Of a DNA stretch of 64,000 nt, positions 1 to 10,950 are shown in pieces; position 1 is the first letter of the stretch, and each line of letters starts with the position of its first letter. The stretch comes from Podarcis vaucheri. Taxonomy: Eukaryota. Made by a program: the position numbers and the translations under genes. Location of the stretch: NCBI GenBank assembly GCA_965113315.1, contig OZ220363.1. One strand, given 5' to 3'. The notes beneath the pieces were generated by a model. That model made no database searches and was not told where the DNA came from. It worked only from the letters and a program-made list of their open reading frames with translations.

Positions 1-157
1 GTCTTTTACAACAATGTTGACAAACATATGCCACATTTCCTGGGCTAAAGAACAGCATACAGCATAGTTTACAATAAACATGGAAAGAATCAGGATTTAT
101 TCTAGGCTTCACAAGAAAGGAGATTCTGACTAAAGATTAGGAATCACTTTCTGACAA

Positions 158-2031
158 ATTTTTAAATTCAAAATCCTTTATTAGGCATAGCATACCACAC
201 ATTAACAAACAAACATCATATACAGACTGTATAAAATACGGGCTCAGCGAACACAATTTATCCCAGTCCTATTCTTAACTCCAAGAAATAAATCAATGTA
301 CATAGATAATATAATACAACACAGCAACATCACCTACCATTAAAAACCACTAAGTCTCTTTATCACGGCCCATTCTTTCTTCATGGACAGCACTTAAAAA
401 TTCAGCCGCAATTAAAGTAATTTGGTCATCGCTGTCCGCCAGCAGGTCCTGAACAGTTGGTTGTTTAAAAATCTGTCTATTAAATTTTAGGGCCTCAAAT
501 AATTGTTTTCTGGCATAACTGCCGAAATCACAGGAAAAGAATATATGCTCTAGAGTATCGGGTTCCTGTTTTCTGCATTTGCAGAGACACTCTGATTCTG
601 GGATAGCTAAGTATCTTCCTCTCACTACCACCGAGGGAAACATGTTAAATCTGGCCAACATAAACAGCCTACACGATTCATGTTTCTTCAGATTTGTCAT
701 GTATCCCTTTTGGAAATCTCTACACAAAGGGAGATTTAAGTAGATAGGAGAGCAGGTGCTGTGCCTTGCAACCTCAAGCATGGCGAGAACACTTTTTTCT
801 GTGAGAGTCTTCCTGGTAATTTCCCATGTTTCTTTGGGATCAGAGATTTCAAAGTCAGTTAGAGTGAGCCCTATCGAATCCAGTTTTCTCCTACAGATCA
901 ATGATAGATTGTAGATTACACTATCATTTAAAAGATCGTAAAGTAGAGAATTAGGAGATAGGGCTCTATAATGGAGGAAGATCCAATATTTCAAGGTCCT
1001 CAACCATGCTCTTACTGATAAAGGCAATATTCCCAGCTCACAACATATTGTTTCATATTTTACATAGTTTGCAAGTCCTAATAATGACCTCAGAAGGGAT
1101 GCGTGAAATTTATCCAACCTCTTGAGGTCACCTGAAATCCACACTGGTGTGCCATATAGAAGTTGGGCACAAATTTCATGTCAATCACTTGCAATACAGC
1201 TGGAATAAATCTGTTTCCTACTGGAGGGAAAAAAAATAGGATTTGATATGGTGGGCTGTCACTTTGGCCTTAACTATTGCAGCACATATATGTGTATTCC
1301 AATTCATATTATTTTTAAATGTGATTCCCAGATAATTGAAGTGCTTAACTTCCTGTATTAGATGCCCATTAATTATACAGCCTTTTGGGTTCCCTCTCTT
1401 TCTGAATTGCATAATCTTTGTCTTATCATAATTAATTTTAAAATTATTGAGAGAGCAGTAGTTTGAGAAACTCTTAAATAAATTTTTAAAACCCAAAACA
1501 GAGAGTGAAATAATTACAGCATCATCTGCATAGAGTAATAAAAAGAGTGGGCTATTGTTTAAATAAGGAGTATGAGTGGTTGCGTTTTGAAGAAATACTG
1601 GTAGGTCAGATAAAAAAGATTAAATAGGATAGGGGCCAAGATACAGCCTTGCCTAACTCTTCAATTATTCAGAATAGGACCTGCAGGTCTACCATCTTTT
1701 TATACTTTAAAATATATTTGGTTATTTGAATGTAAACTTTGAATCAATGTAAGTAGATATGGGTCGATACCAAGGTGTTCTAGTTTAGTCCATAGTTTGT
1801 TGCGGTCGACCGAATCAAAGGCACTTTTTAAATCCACAAATGCCACAAAGAGTTTTCGTTTATTTCTCATGACATATTTATCCACAAGATGACTTAACAC
1901 TAGACACTGGTCAAGAGTTGACGAGCCTGCCTTAAAACCAGCCTGCTCTTTACCAGGTAGACCTTTTGTCAGCATCCATTCTTCCAATTTAATAAGCAGA
2001 GATTTGGCATAGATTTCACTTATGCATGGTA
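158..2031 (-). mobile_element. 5'-truncated, frame-disrupted non-LTR retrotransposon (LINE ORF2 RT and C-terminus; tentatively RTE/RTEX-like)
   Basis: Minus-strand RT motifs: EQAGF, FVDLKSAFDSV, VRQGCILAP (~1630-1657), LLYADD (~1520-1540), FNYLGI, and a C-terminal Cys/His knuckle (CLCKC..EHIFFSC). Split over several ORFs. AATAAAG near the 3' end. 12-bp TSD ACTTTCTGACAA at 146-157 and 2032-2043. Clade assignment is from recall only. Confidence 0.9.
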
Positions 2032-2043
2032 ACTTTCTGACAA

Positions 2044-2175
2044 TCTCTCCTTCACTTGAGGTTTAAAGCAGAAGTTGGACAGCTGTTTGTCAGGGACATT
2101 TGAGTTGTGATTCCTGCATCACTGGGGGTTGGGCTAGATGGCCCTTGGGATTCATCAAACTGTACAGTTCTATTA
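2044..2175 (+). mobile_element. CR1 LINE 3' fragment; its upstream part lies at ~100-157, split off by the LINE insertion
   Basis: Resembles the squamate CR1 3' end (caagaaaggagattc..actttctgaca / ctccttc..gaggttt..aagcaga..gattcctgcat..ctagatggccct). A similar copy is at 23130-23315. Confidence 0.7.
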
Positions 2176-3990
2176 TTCTCTCCCCCCCCCCACCTGCATT
2201 GTGCAAGAAACCAGCACACTGCTCACCCCTGAACCTAAAAGGAGGAAGAAGGAAGAGACAGGAAGAAAAAGTGACAAAGAAATACAGAAACACAGGAAAT
2301 GAAAAAGACAGTAAGGGAGAAGGATGTGCCCTTCCTTAACCTAAATATGGGTACTGAGATTCGGAAATCAAGCCTATATCAGGAGTAACTGGCAGCACTC
2401 CCAGGCACCCGGCTTGCTTTCCTGTTGACCTCCCTGGCTGCATTCCCCAGCAAGATCCAGGCTAGGTCGCAATAGGCGATTCTTCTCAGCGTGAGAAGAA
2501 CACCCCCCCTCTTTCCTCCTCCCCCCCCCCGGCAGGGAAAAGAGATAGACAGAAACATATTTACATTCCTTTATTTCTGTCTTTGCAGCATTACAGAAAA
2601 CATGACTGCTCTCTTCAAGCTCCAGCAGTCGAGAGACCAACACTTCCTGTACAGGAACAAGAGGAAGAGCTCATATTACACTCTGAGCTAATTCCGGTGC
2701 ATTGCCCTGTGAATTGACTGTCCCTCTGTTTCCCACGGAACAGTCCCAACATTCCATCATGTGATGTTTTCAAGCTAGCAGCTTGCAGCTGCATTGCTTC
2801 TATATCGTAACAAATATGGGTACTGAGATTCCACCACAAAGCATTAACTATAAAGCTGAGGCCATATTCCAAATTATTTTTGTGACTAGGATTTCCCTTC
2901 AGTTACAAAATGGCTATTATCCCTGTAAAATATATTGAATATTTTATTCGCTGTTATGGTCTACTCATAGTTACTGGAGATTTTCACAAAATTACTGCTC
3001 AAAAACCGTGTATTGGTTGCCTCTAACTCATGCATTCTAACTCTGTCTAGAATAAGGTCCAGGACACACTTATTAAAACAATATATTGATTAATATCAAT
3101 ACATCTGCCTGTCCTCCCCTTTGTCTGGGGATCTTGTGCATCTGAGCCTAGCTAGGTCAGTCTGTTGGACATAGCAGAAGAAATCGTTGTCTCAGCCAAG
3201 GATTCTCTCTGAGATGCTGCCTTCTCTTGAACTGAACTTTCCAGAAGTCTAGTCCTGTAACTTGAGTCTTCTTCAAGGCGTAGTTCTCCAGGATAAAGTG
3301 AAGGACAAAACTAATACCAGAAAACAGGAATGAATCTCCAGGAATTCTGGGAACTGTAGTATGACACAGCAAAGGCCTGTCCTATGCCATGGCTGTTGTT
3401 ATAATTGAGAAAACGAGAAAGAACTAAGGCCTAAATTCTAGTGAAGGGCTGAGCAGGAAATTGTCATTTGATAACCGTAGCTGCTGGAGACAATTTTTAG
3501 ACCATAGGCTGCTGGTCACTAACACCACTTTGCCCTTTTTTCCAGCAAATTGAAAGAGCTTTGAAGGAAGAGCTTTTGTTTGATGCACATATCCTCACAC
3601 ATCCTTGCTTCAGGCATTTTGTAAACTTGGGCCATTTGACCAAGCCACACCCTCTGACATCAGAGGTGAGGCAGGTGAAGATACAGCTGAACCAAAGGGG
3701 TTTGCAGGCTCCAACCATCAGCTGATTGGCAGCTCCTGCAAAGACCCAACCATCATCTGGTTATCAGGATTTGCAAAGTGCCACGTGCAATGCTGTGCAA
3801 GCACCAATGATCAGCCCATTGTTAGGGCTTGCAGAGTATGCAAATCCTGGTGATCAGCTGATTGCTGGGACTTGCAGAGCATCAGCTGATCTGCAGTGCC
3901 TGCGAACTCCCTTTGGCTCAGCCGTCTCTTTACCTGCCCTGCACCTAGCGACTGTGATGATATAATCCATCACCTTTCTTCTTTATCCTT

Positions 3991-4009
3991 CACTGCCCTC
4001 TAGTGGTGC
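3991..4009 (-). promoter_or_regulatory. CTCF-binding motif, reverse orientation
   Basis: Minus strand reads GCACCACTAGAGGGCAGTG, a close match to the CCASYAGRKGGCRS core. Confidence 0.6.
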
Positions 4010-4810
4010 GTTTATTTTATTTTTATCCCGCTACCATGTCAATATTGAACTGTTGGCAGAAAAAAACCCTTATGAATTTGAGAGAGATAGAGAGAGAGTT
4101 TTAACATAGATCATCTAGCCACATCCTATGCTTGTGGAGACTTATAGCCATATTTAAAACTGTTACATTCCATAATAAAAATATCAAGAAAATAAAAACT
4201 AAATGTTTGATGGGTCCTGGTGCTCAAGGTGACTTATATTACGTATATTTAAAATAGCCACATCCCATATTGAATGCACACACACTAAATAAAACTTAAA
4301 AGGTTTGTGGCATTTTAGTGTGTGAGAGAGAAAGAAAGAAATTCCAGAGGGGCCATCTGGTTAGGCAGCAATAGATTGTAATGGATTGCTCTGAAGTTAT
4401 TTCAGCACGGGGGGGGGTCACCCCAACACCACCTGCCCACCACTGTGTTCTGTCCTGTATTTTGCTAGAATAGCTGTATACTAGAGGGAGGCAGGATCCA
4501 GATCAGGACCCTAGTATGGGGGTTGCAGGCTTTAATTCTTTCACCCTCCTGCGGCTCCAATATGCATCTATGTGCAGCAGAGGCATTGCAGAAAAAGTTC
4601 TCATTCATTTCAGAGGCAATGAATTGGCCTTCTCTAGGATGCTGACATGGGGGTAGTGTGCTTTGTGCTCTCAAATCATGTGAGTCTGGATTTTGCCACT
4701 GGACAAGATAGATCACATACATCTCTTACAGATTGTGCTAAATACAGCACAGAGATTCGTTTTAAAAGAGGTCTTCATCAGCGTTGCAGATTTCTCTGAA
4801 GGGTATTTCT

Positions 4811-4830
4811 TGTCCAGCAGATGGCAGTCA
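4811..4830 (+). promoter_or_regulatory. CTCF-binding motif, forward orientation
   Basis: TGTCCAGCAGATGGCAGTCA matches the CCASYAGRKGGCRS core. Confidence 0.6.
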
Positions 4831-5444
4831 TAGCAATTTGGCTCTGCTGTACTACATCATTAAATAAAAAGCCGGCATTTGTTTTTACACAAGGGAAGCT
4901 TAAAGCTGCTCTTGTTCCAGACACATTTGTAATTTGATTGTGAAACGTATTGGTCAGAAAGAATGCTTGGCTGTATTACAAATAACAACCCTCTGATTTC
5001 TCTTCCACATAGACAGTGATCGTATTTTTTTTAAAAAAAAGAATAGCTGGATGGAGGGTCAAAAGTGAGGTAACCCTCAGGTTTGAAAATGCTTGAAAAA
5101 CAGAACTCCTACATTGCAGTCACTTGGCATGTTCTGCATGCAGCAACACATTTTTGGTGCCAGATGACAGTTTCTAGCACTTGCAATTTGGATGCCAAGT
5201 ATACAAGAAATGGCAGGGAGATTTTCTTTCCTGCAAGCCATTTATGTGATTAAAGTCTGCCCAACTCTTGCTCTAAGTATAAAGTAAAGACAGATTCATC
5301 CCAAAGGCAAACTGTATTTTCAGTGTAATGGGAATAAATATGACATCTTCAGGATTACCCAAACATGATACTTTGCCACTAAGGCTTATTTCAAATATTT
5401 TGTTTACAAACTGATTTCCTTTTCTCTCTCAGCCCCAGACCATA

Positions 5445-5645
5445 CAGTTTTACCTCGGGTTAAGAACTTAATTCATTCTGGAGGTCCGTTTTTAACCTGA
5501 AACTGTTCTTAACCTGAGACACCACTTTAGCTAATGGGGCCTCCCGCCGCACGTTCTCATCGTGAAGCAAAGTTCTTAACCTGAGGTACTACTTCCGGGT
5601 AGCGGAATCTGTAACCTGAAGCGTCTATAACCCAAGGTACCACTG
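5445..5645. mobile_element. Tc1/mariner (Tigger/pogo-like) MITE
   Basis: TIRs cagttttacctcgggtta / taacccaaggtaccactg, flanked by TA on both sides. Same family as 32998-33185 in the opposite orientation. Confidence 0.85.
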
Positions 5646-5993
5646 TACATGATGCATGAAACCCATGATCAGGATTCCTGACTTTTTGAAACCACTTTTA
5701 AAATAAGTGCAATAATCTTCAAATTTGATTTGTGCAGTGGTGCTGAAGAAGGAATTGCTTAATCCTTTTCCTCAAGCTGTTTTCTGGTCTAATTTGCCCC
5801 TCACTTGAGGCTAGAGTTAGGTCTATGGAGGGAAAAAAAGTTAGCCCTGCTTCTCCCAGAGTTTTGATTAACTCTTGACAAACTGCAGTGGCCAAAGTTT
5901 TTAGAGGGGTAATGCATGCTTCAATGTGCTTTAAAGGCACAGGGTGCATTCAGCACAAATTTCACAGTGCTTTCTTACAATGTAATCCTAAGC

Positions 5994-6175
5994 ATAGAAT
6001 AGAATCACAGAATCATAGAATCATAGAGTTGGAATAGACCACAAGGGCCATCGAGTCCAACCCCCTGCCAAGCCTCTGCTTAAAGACCTCCAAAGAAGGA
6101 GACTCCACCACACTCCTTGGCAGCAAATTCCACTGTCAAACAGCTCTTACTGTCAGGAAGTTCTTCCTAATGTTT
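5994..6175 (-). mobile_element. CR1 LINE 3' end fragment
   Basis: (ATAGAATC)n tail, the reverse complement of the CR1 (GATTCTAT)n tail, followed by typical CR1 3' sequence (gagttggaa..gagtccaacccc..acagctcttactgtcaggaagttcttcct). Confidence 0.8.
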
Positions 6176-8318
6176 AATGCATCTTTCCTTACTCCCTAGT
6201 AAATATGTTTTGGGTAACAGTCCAACTCTGCAATCCAACCCCCCTTTGTCCTGGGCATGCAGGTGTGTGTGTACTGGGTAGAAGGGTCCCTCTGCCCAGT
6301 CCTGCTGGCTTCTACCTGCAATGTGACACCACTGCCATTCTGCCAACACAGAATTCAAGGTTATACCTACTGAGTTTGCAATGACAGTCCACAGAAAGTC
6401 CCAAAGGAGTGTTCCAGAAGAGCAGTGGGAAGGGGCTGAGCCAGCCCAAAATCTGATGGATCCCAAGGTGGCCCCACATGGCAGCTTCAGGCTAGCAGCA
6501 GCCAAGAGGCTGCACACTTTCCAGCTCAGATCAGATCAGGCGCAGAGCTCTGATGCAGCTGCTGGAGACTGAGGAACATGAACCCCCAGAAGAATCTCCT
6601 GTATCTGCAGGGTACCTTCTTGGGCGCCTTCCCCTGAGGAACCAAATGCCTCCCCCAGAACCTCCTCACTAGTCCAGCAATACAGGGAGCACTATACAAG
6701 TTGGAAGTGAGAGAACAATGGAGGAGTGCTCGTCTTCAGGCCAGAGGCATGGCCCTTTTAAGAATCTAGAGTTACTCACAAGTGGGTGGAGTCTGAGAGA
6801 AGTTGCACTGAGTGCAGAGCTTAAATAGGCTCAGTCTGCTCCTAACCTTTACTGGAGCAAGTTGTTCACCTAGAGCTGTCTGTGGTCCTGTAAGTCTGGC
6901 TAGCTTTCTCGATGGGATCTGGCATTAGCTTGCTTTTTGCCCTGGGAGGGGTGTGTTTCAGGGCTGCAGATGCAGCAGTGCTGGGGATTTGTGTTGATGC
7001 CCAATGGCATACTCTTCTCTGTGTCTGTTTAGAGGTAGGTACTGCTGAGTTCAGTGGAGCAGACTTCCAAGTAGTGCTGTAATTCGGGTTTCTTTTTAAA
7101 TTATTTATGAAATGCTGTGTATTTTGCTACTTTAAACCTTCCCCAAACCTCGTTAGCACAGCTTATTGTCCCCATCTACTGCCTACCCAAATCTGGCTGT
7201 GCAGTGGGAAGGGGCAGGCAGTAGTGGTGAGCTGGCTTTGGGAAAGAGAGTGTGATGGGGGAGACCTCGGCTGTGCTTTGGCCATGCTGCTGCCCCACCC
7301 CAATTAACTGCCATCACTCAGTAAAAGGAAGAAAGAAGGCTGTTGTCCACTTCTCAGTATACTGGACAAATGGCAGAAGAAGAGGACACTAGACGGAGCT
7401 GGAAATACTGGGCCATCCTATTTCTATATTTGCTTCTGAGTAGCAGCTGCTGGAGGACAATAGCAGTAGAGGATTCTCCTTCTTGGGGCTTCCTAGAGGC
7501 ATGTCCAGTTGGCCATTGTGGGAAAATGGGATGTTGGCTAGATGGGCCTCTGGTGTTATCCAGCAGGGCTCTTGGTAAGGTTGATGGAATAAAGGATAGC
7601 AAGTTCAAGCTACTCATCACTGTCCTATTTTACTCCCTTGTCCCACCTCATTCAACTTGCTACCATGGCAATGGCTGTTGAAGGAGGACAAGGAGCTAAG
7701 AGTGGAGGGTTCTTCTGTTTCTTCCACACATCCTGTCTCATCAGAGGCCATGGCCAGAGCAACAGTCAGAGCCTATCCTTTTTCTTCAAGCCTGTCTATG
7801 TTCCCATGTCACCCTAGACTCTCCTTGGCCTTGAAAAGGAATTATTCTTTCTCCATGCCCCAACCAGCAGCTGCATTTGTGTTTCCATTTAAGTCATAAT
7901 AATTATTACTAAATGTGCTTGTCTATATATATATATCATTTAGCATATGCAACTCTACATCCTTTTTTCCTGATGCATTACCTCCTTTTTGGCAACATGT
8001 AACTGACAGCCCTATAATGCGCTGTGCTGCTTCTGCCCTTCTCCTCACTCCTGAACATGGGTCTTGGCAATGCTTCCAACATATACTGTCCCCCTTCCCT
8101 GCCATTCTGGACCTGTCTTTGGTAGATTAGTAGGCAGAAAGTAGTAAAAAGTACATAATTGTTGTATGGATGAAGAACTTTATTTGTACAGTGCAAGGAT
8201 TCTTGGGGGGTGCAATGATCAATTATGAGTTCCTCTGGGTTGCCTGTTTATTCTGAATGATGCTGTTCAATTTTGTTTGTTGACTTTAAGAATTATTATG
8301 ACTGTGTTTCTTATCATT

Positions 8319-8506
8319 AGGAACATAGGAAGCTGCCTTACTGAGTCAGACTGCTGGTTCATCTAGCTCAGCATTGTATGCACTGACCGGCAGTAGCTCA
8401 CCAGAGTTTCCAGCCAAGGGCCATTCCTAGCCTTGCCTGGTGATGCTGAGGATTGAACCTGTGACCATGTGCATGCAAAGCAGATGCCCTACCAATGAGC
8501 CACAGC
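8319..8506 (-). mobile_element. tRNA-derived SINE
   Basis: Minus-strand head gctgtggctcattggtagggcatctgctttgcatgca..ggttcaatcc is A/B-box-like. Tail is ctcagtaaggcagcttcctatgttcct. Related decayed pieces at ~7440-7570, ~12080-12170, ~44950-45170 and ~55845-56600. Confidence 0.7.
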
Positions 8507-8553
8507 TATTGCTGTAAGTTGTCATGTGCTCCATTTTTGAAGGAGGGGACATA

Positions 8554-8900
8554 CCATATTTTTCTGTGTATAACATGCCCAACACGCCCCCGTGTATAAG
8601 ACGCCCCCAATTTTTGGAGACTCCTAATTAAGAAAATGGGAGGCGATTGCCCAGGGTTGTTGAACATTTGGGGGGATTGCCGAAAATTATTCACCCGCCC
8701 AATTGCCGCAGCAACAGCAAAACGACAAAAGCCCTTGCCTCAGCCACCAATAAACTGCCCAATCGCCGCTGACAATCTCCTGCTCACGGCAGCAACCAAT
8801 CCCACGTCCCCACTATGCACTACCCATGTATAAGAGGATCCCCAATTTTAAACATTCTTTTAGAATAAAAAAACCTCGTCTTATACACGGAAAAGTATGG
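8554..8900. mobile_element. Tc2/pogo-like non-autonomous DNA transposon
   Basis: TIRs ccatatttttctgtgtataa / ttatacacggaaaagtatgg. TA on the left, CA on the right. Confidence 0.7.
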
Positions 8901-9229
8901 CAGATCTTTCAAACAAATATTGTAGCACAAACATAGTAGCTTTATTCTCGTCATATGCTTTTTGCTTTATTCTCGTCAGCATTCCAGTTAATGAAGTGGA
9001 TGTAAACTCTATCCATTGTTAATGTGTACATGAGATTATGGAGTCAGATTGTCCATCCAAATTTAGCTAAGGGCTTTATGTTAATGCGCCAAAAGCTACA
9101 AAAATCTAAATTTGGGAAGTCAGTGTGTGTCTGGGGTGGGGGTTCTTCTTGGTGAACTAATGTTTTCCCCTCTCCTACTGAGGCCAGACTTTGCATAAAC
9201 AGGCTCCTTTTTTAGTTATTGGCTATATA

Positions 9230-9365
9230 CAGGGGCGTAGCGTGGGTTGTCAGCACCCGGGGCAAGGCAAGTAATTTGTGCCCCCTAACCCGTGGGTGAG
9301 CCAGGTAGGGGCAGAGAGCTGCGAGTGTGAGCGCGCCCCCCTGCACCCCCCACGCTACGCCACTG
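9230..9365. mobile_element. hAT-superfamily MITE
   Basis: TIRs CAGGGGCGTAGCGTGGG / CCCACGCTACGCCACTG with a perfect 8-bp TSD GCTATATA (9222-9229, 9366-9373). Confidence 0.85.
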
Positions 9366-10334
9366 GCTATATACTTGTAATGGATTTCACAGGGCTGAAG
9401 TCAAGTAAAATAGATATTGTTGACCTGTGGGTAATGTAGGGGGCAGTGGCAACTCCATGAGATATTTGGCACTGAGAAATAAAATTATGCAGCCTATAGA
9501 GATAATAGACATAAATCATATTATATTATTTATATACATGATCTGTAGTTTGCATGATTTGCTGCCTGATTTGACTTGTGAAAGGGGCATGGAATGTTTG
9601 AGGAATGGTCTTCCTCTTGTGGTGTATCAGTCTCTCTCATTAACTGTAGTTGAAATTTAAAAGCATGCCTGTTTACCCAGGCATTTGATGGCTGAAAGAC
9701 ACTGGCCAAGGCAACTTTGAGATTAGTGACTGTGATGGTATTATGCTGTTGCTTATAAATGTTCTAAATGGTTCTAGCTGTTTTCAGTTTGTTTTTAAAT
9801 GTTTTAATTTTTGAACTGTATTGCTTTAACTTTTTGATTTTTGCTCCTATGGATGTCTTTGAGAGAAAGGGTAGGATAGAAATGTAAGAAATAAGTAAAT
9901 GCAAGTTGCAGAACAATAGAAACTGAACTTCCAGTATTCTGAATTAATTTTTTTTAAAGGTGCTCTTTGCTGGGACAGCTTATGTGGTGCTGTTGTTTGT
10001 GTTTTATTGTGTTTACTTCCTGATTTGTGTTTTTTTAATCTGGAAGCTACTTTAAGTGCACATCATGGAGGAGTGAACTTTAAACACCAGCTTTCTCTGC
10101 TCTTGGGGCAGCTTAATGAATAAAGAATATATAAAATTAGCAGTTAAAATAAGCAAACAAATGGCTATATCGTTAAATTTGATAAATAACTGCAAAGAGT
10201 TATTTATCTTGTGGTCGTAGCATCTCAGAGGTTCTATTTATTTTGCAAAACCTCAAATGTGCACAAGGTATGCACAGGAATGATTCGCAACATTACCAAT
10301 TGCTTTCGAATAAAAAATAACAAGAAATAAAACT

Positions 10335-10950
10335 CAGCGCCCGCTTCCTCTGCAAGAATAACCGCGCTCTGGCCCTTTAAGAGGGCAACGCCTCCTTACG
10401 CAGGGGAGGGAATAAAGCAGCGTCCTCCTCCTCATAGCGGGACCGGGAATAGAACGGGACTCCCTGCACGCATGCGCGCCTCGGTGATCTACGCAAGAGG
10501 AAACCTGTGTGGTGGACTTCATGGGACTACGTCAAGACGCAGGGCACGCATCAGGGGGCGGGGTCCCGGAGCTGGAGAAGGATCCGCGCGGAGCCTCCCG
10601 GGCGCTGCGTGGGGCGTCGGGGGGCAGGGAGCCTCCGCGCCCCGCGAACCATGTTCCGCTACCAGGTGAGGAAACGCTTTGTCGGGGTGTGGGCGCTGCC
10701 GGGCCTCCCTCCCTCGCTCGGGCGGGCGGAAGCGCCCAGGGCCACCCTTGCCGTGACCTTTGACCCGTATTTGGAACTCTCGGCTCTCTTCTCTCCCCCC
10801 TCCCCCAAGCTGTCCGGCGCCGCGTGCTGGAAGAGAGGGGCCGCTCTAGGAGTCTGTGGACAATGACCCAGGAGGACCCCTGGGTGGAGGCTGATCTAGT
10901 CTGTGGGTGAGGGGGGGGGGAGAGCAGCCCCTTCCCGTTCCCTCAGCTCA
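10335..10950 (+). promoter_or_regulatory. CpG island / PATL1 promoter and first exon
   Basis: Abrupt rise in GC and CpG content. NRF1-like GCATGCGC at 10470-10477, GC box GGGGCGGGG at ~10555-10563, ATG at 10651. Confidence 0.85.
10651..10665 (+). CDS. PATL1: PATL1 coding exon 1 (MFRYQ)
   Basis: gaacc ATG TTC CGC TAC CAG|gtgagg. Confidence 0.9.

Noticed and set aside
6330-6950. Possible solo LTR (also ~12385-12780)
   Set aside because: Only a general resemblance (TATA-like and AATAAA-like motifs). I could not define TG..CA ends or a TSD.
8440-8506. tRNA-like A/B boxes on the minus strand (also at 60225-60300)
   Set aside because: These are SINE heads with no complete cloverleaf, continuous with SINE bodies.
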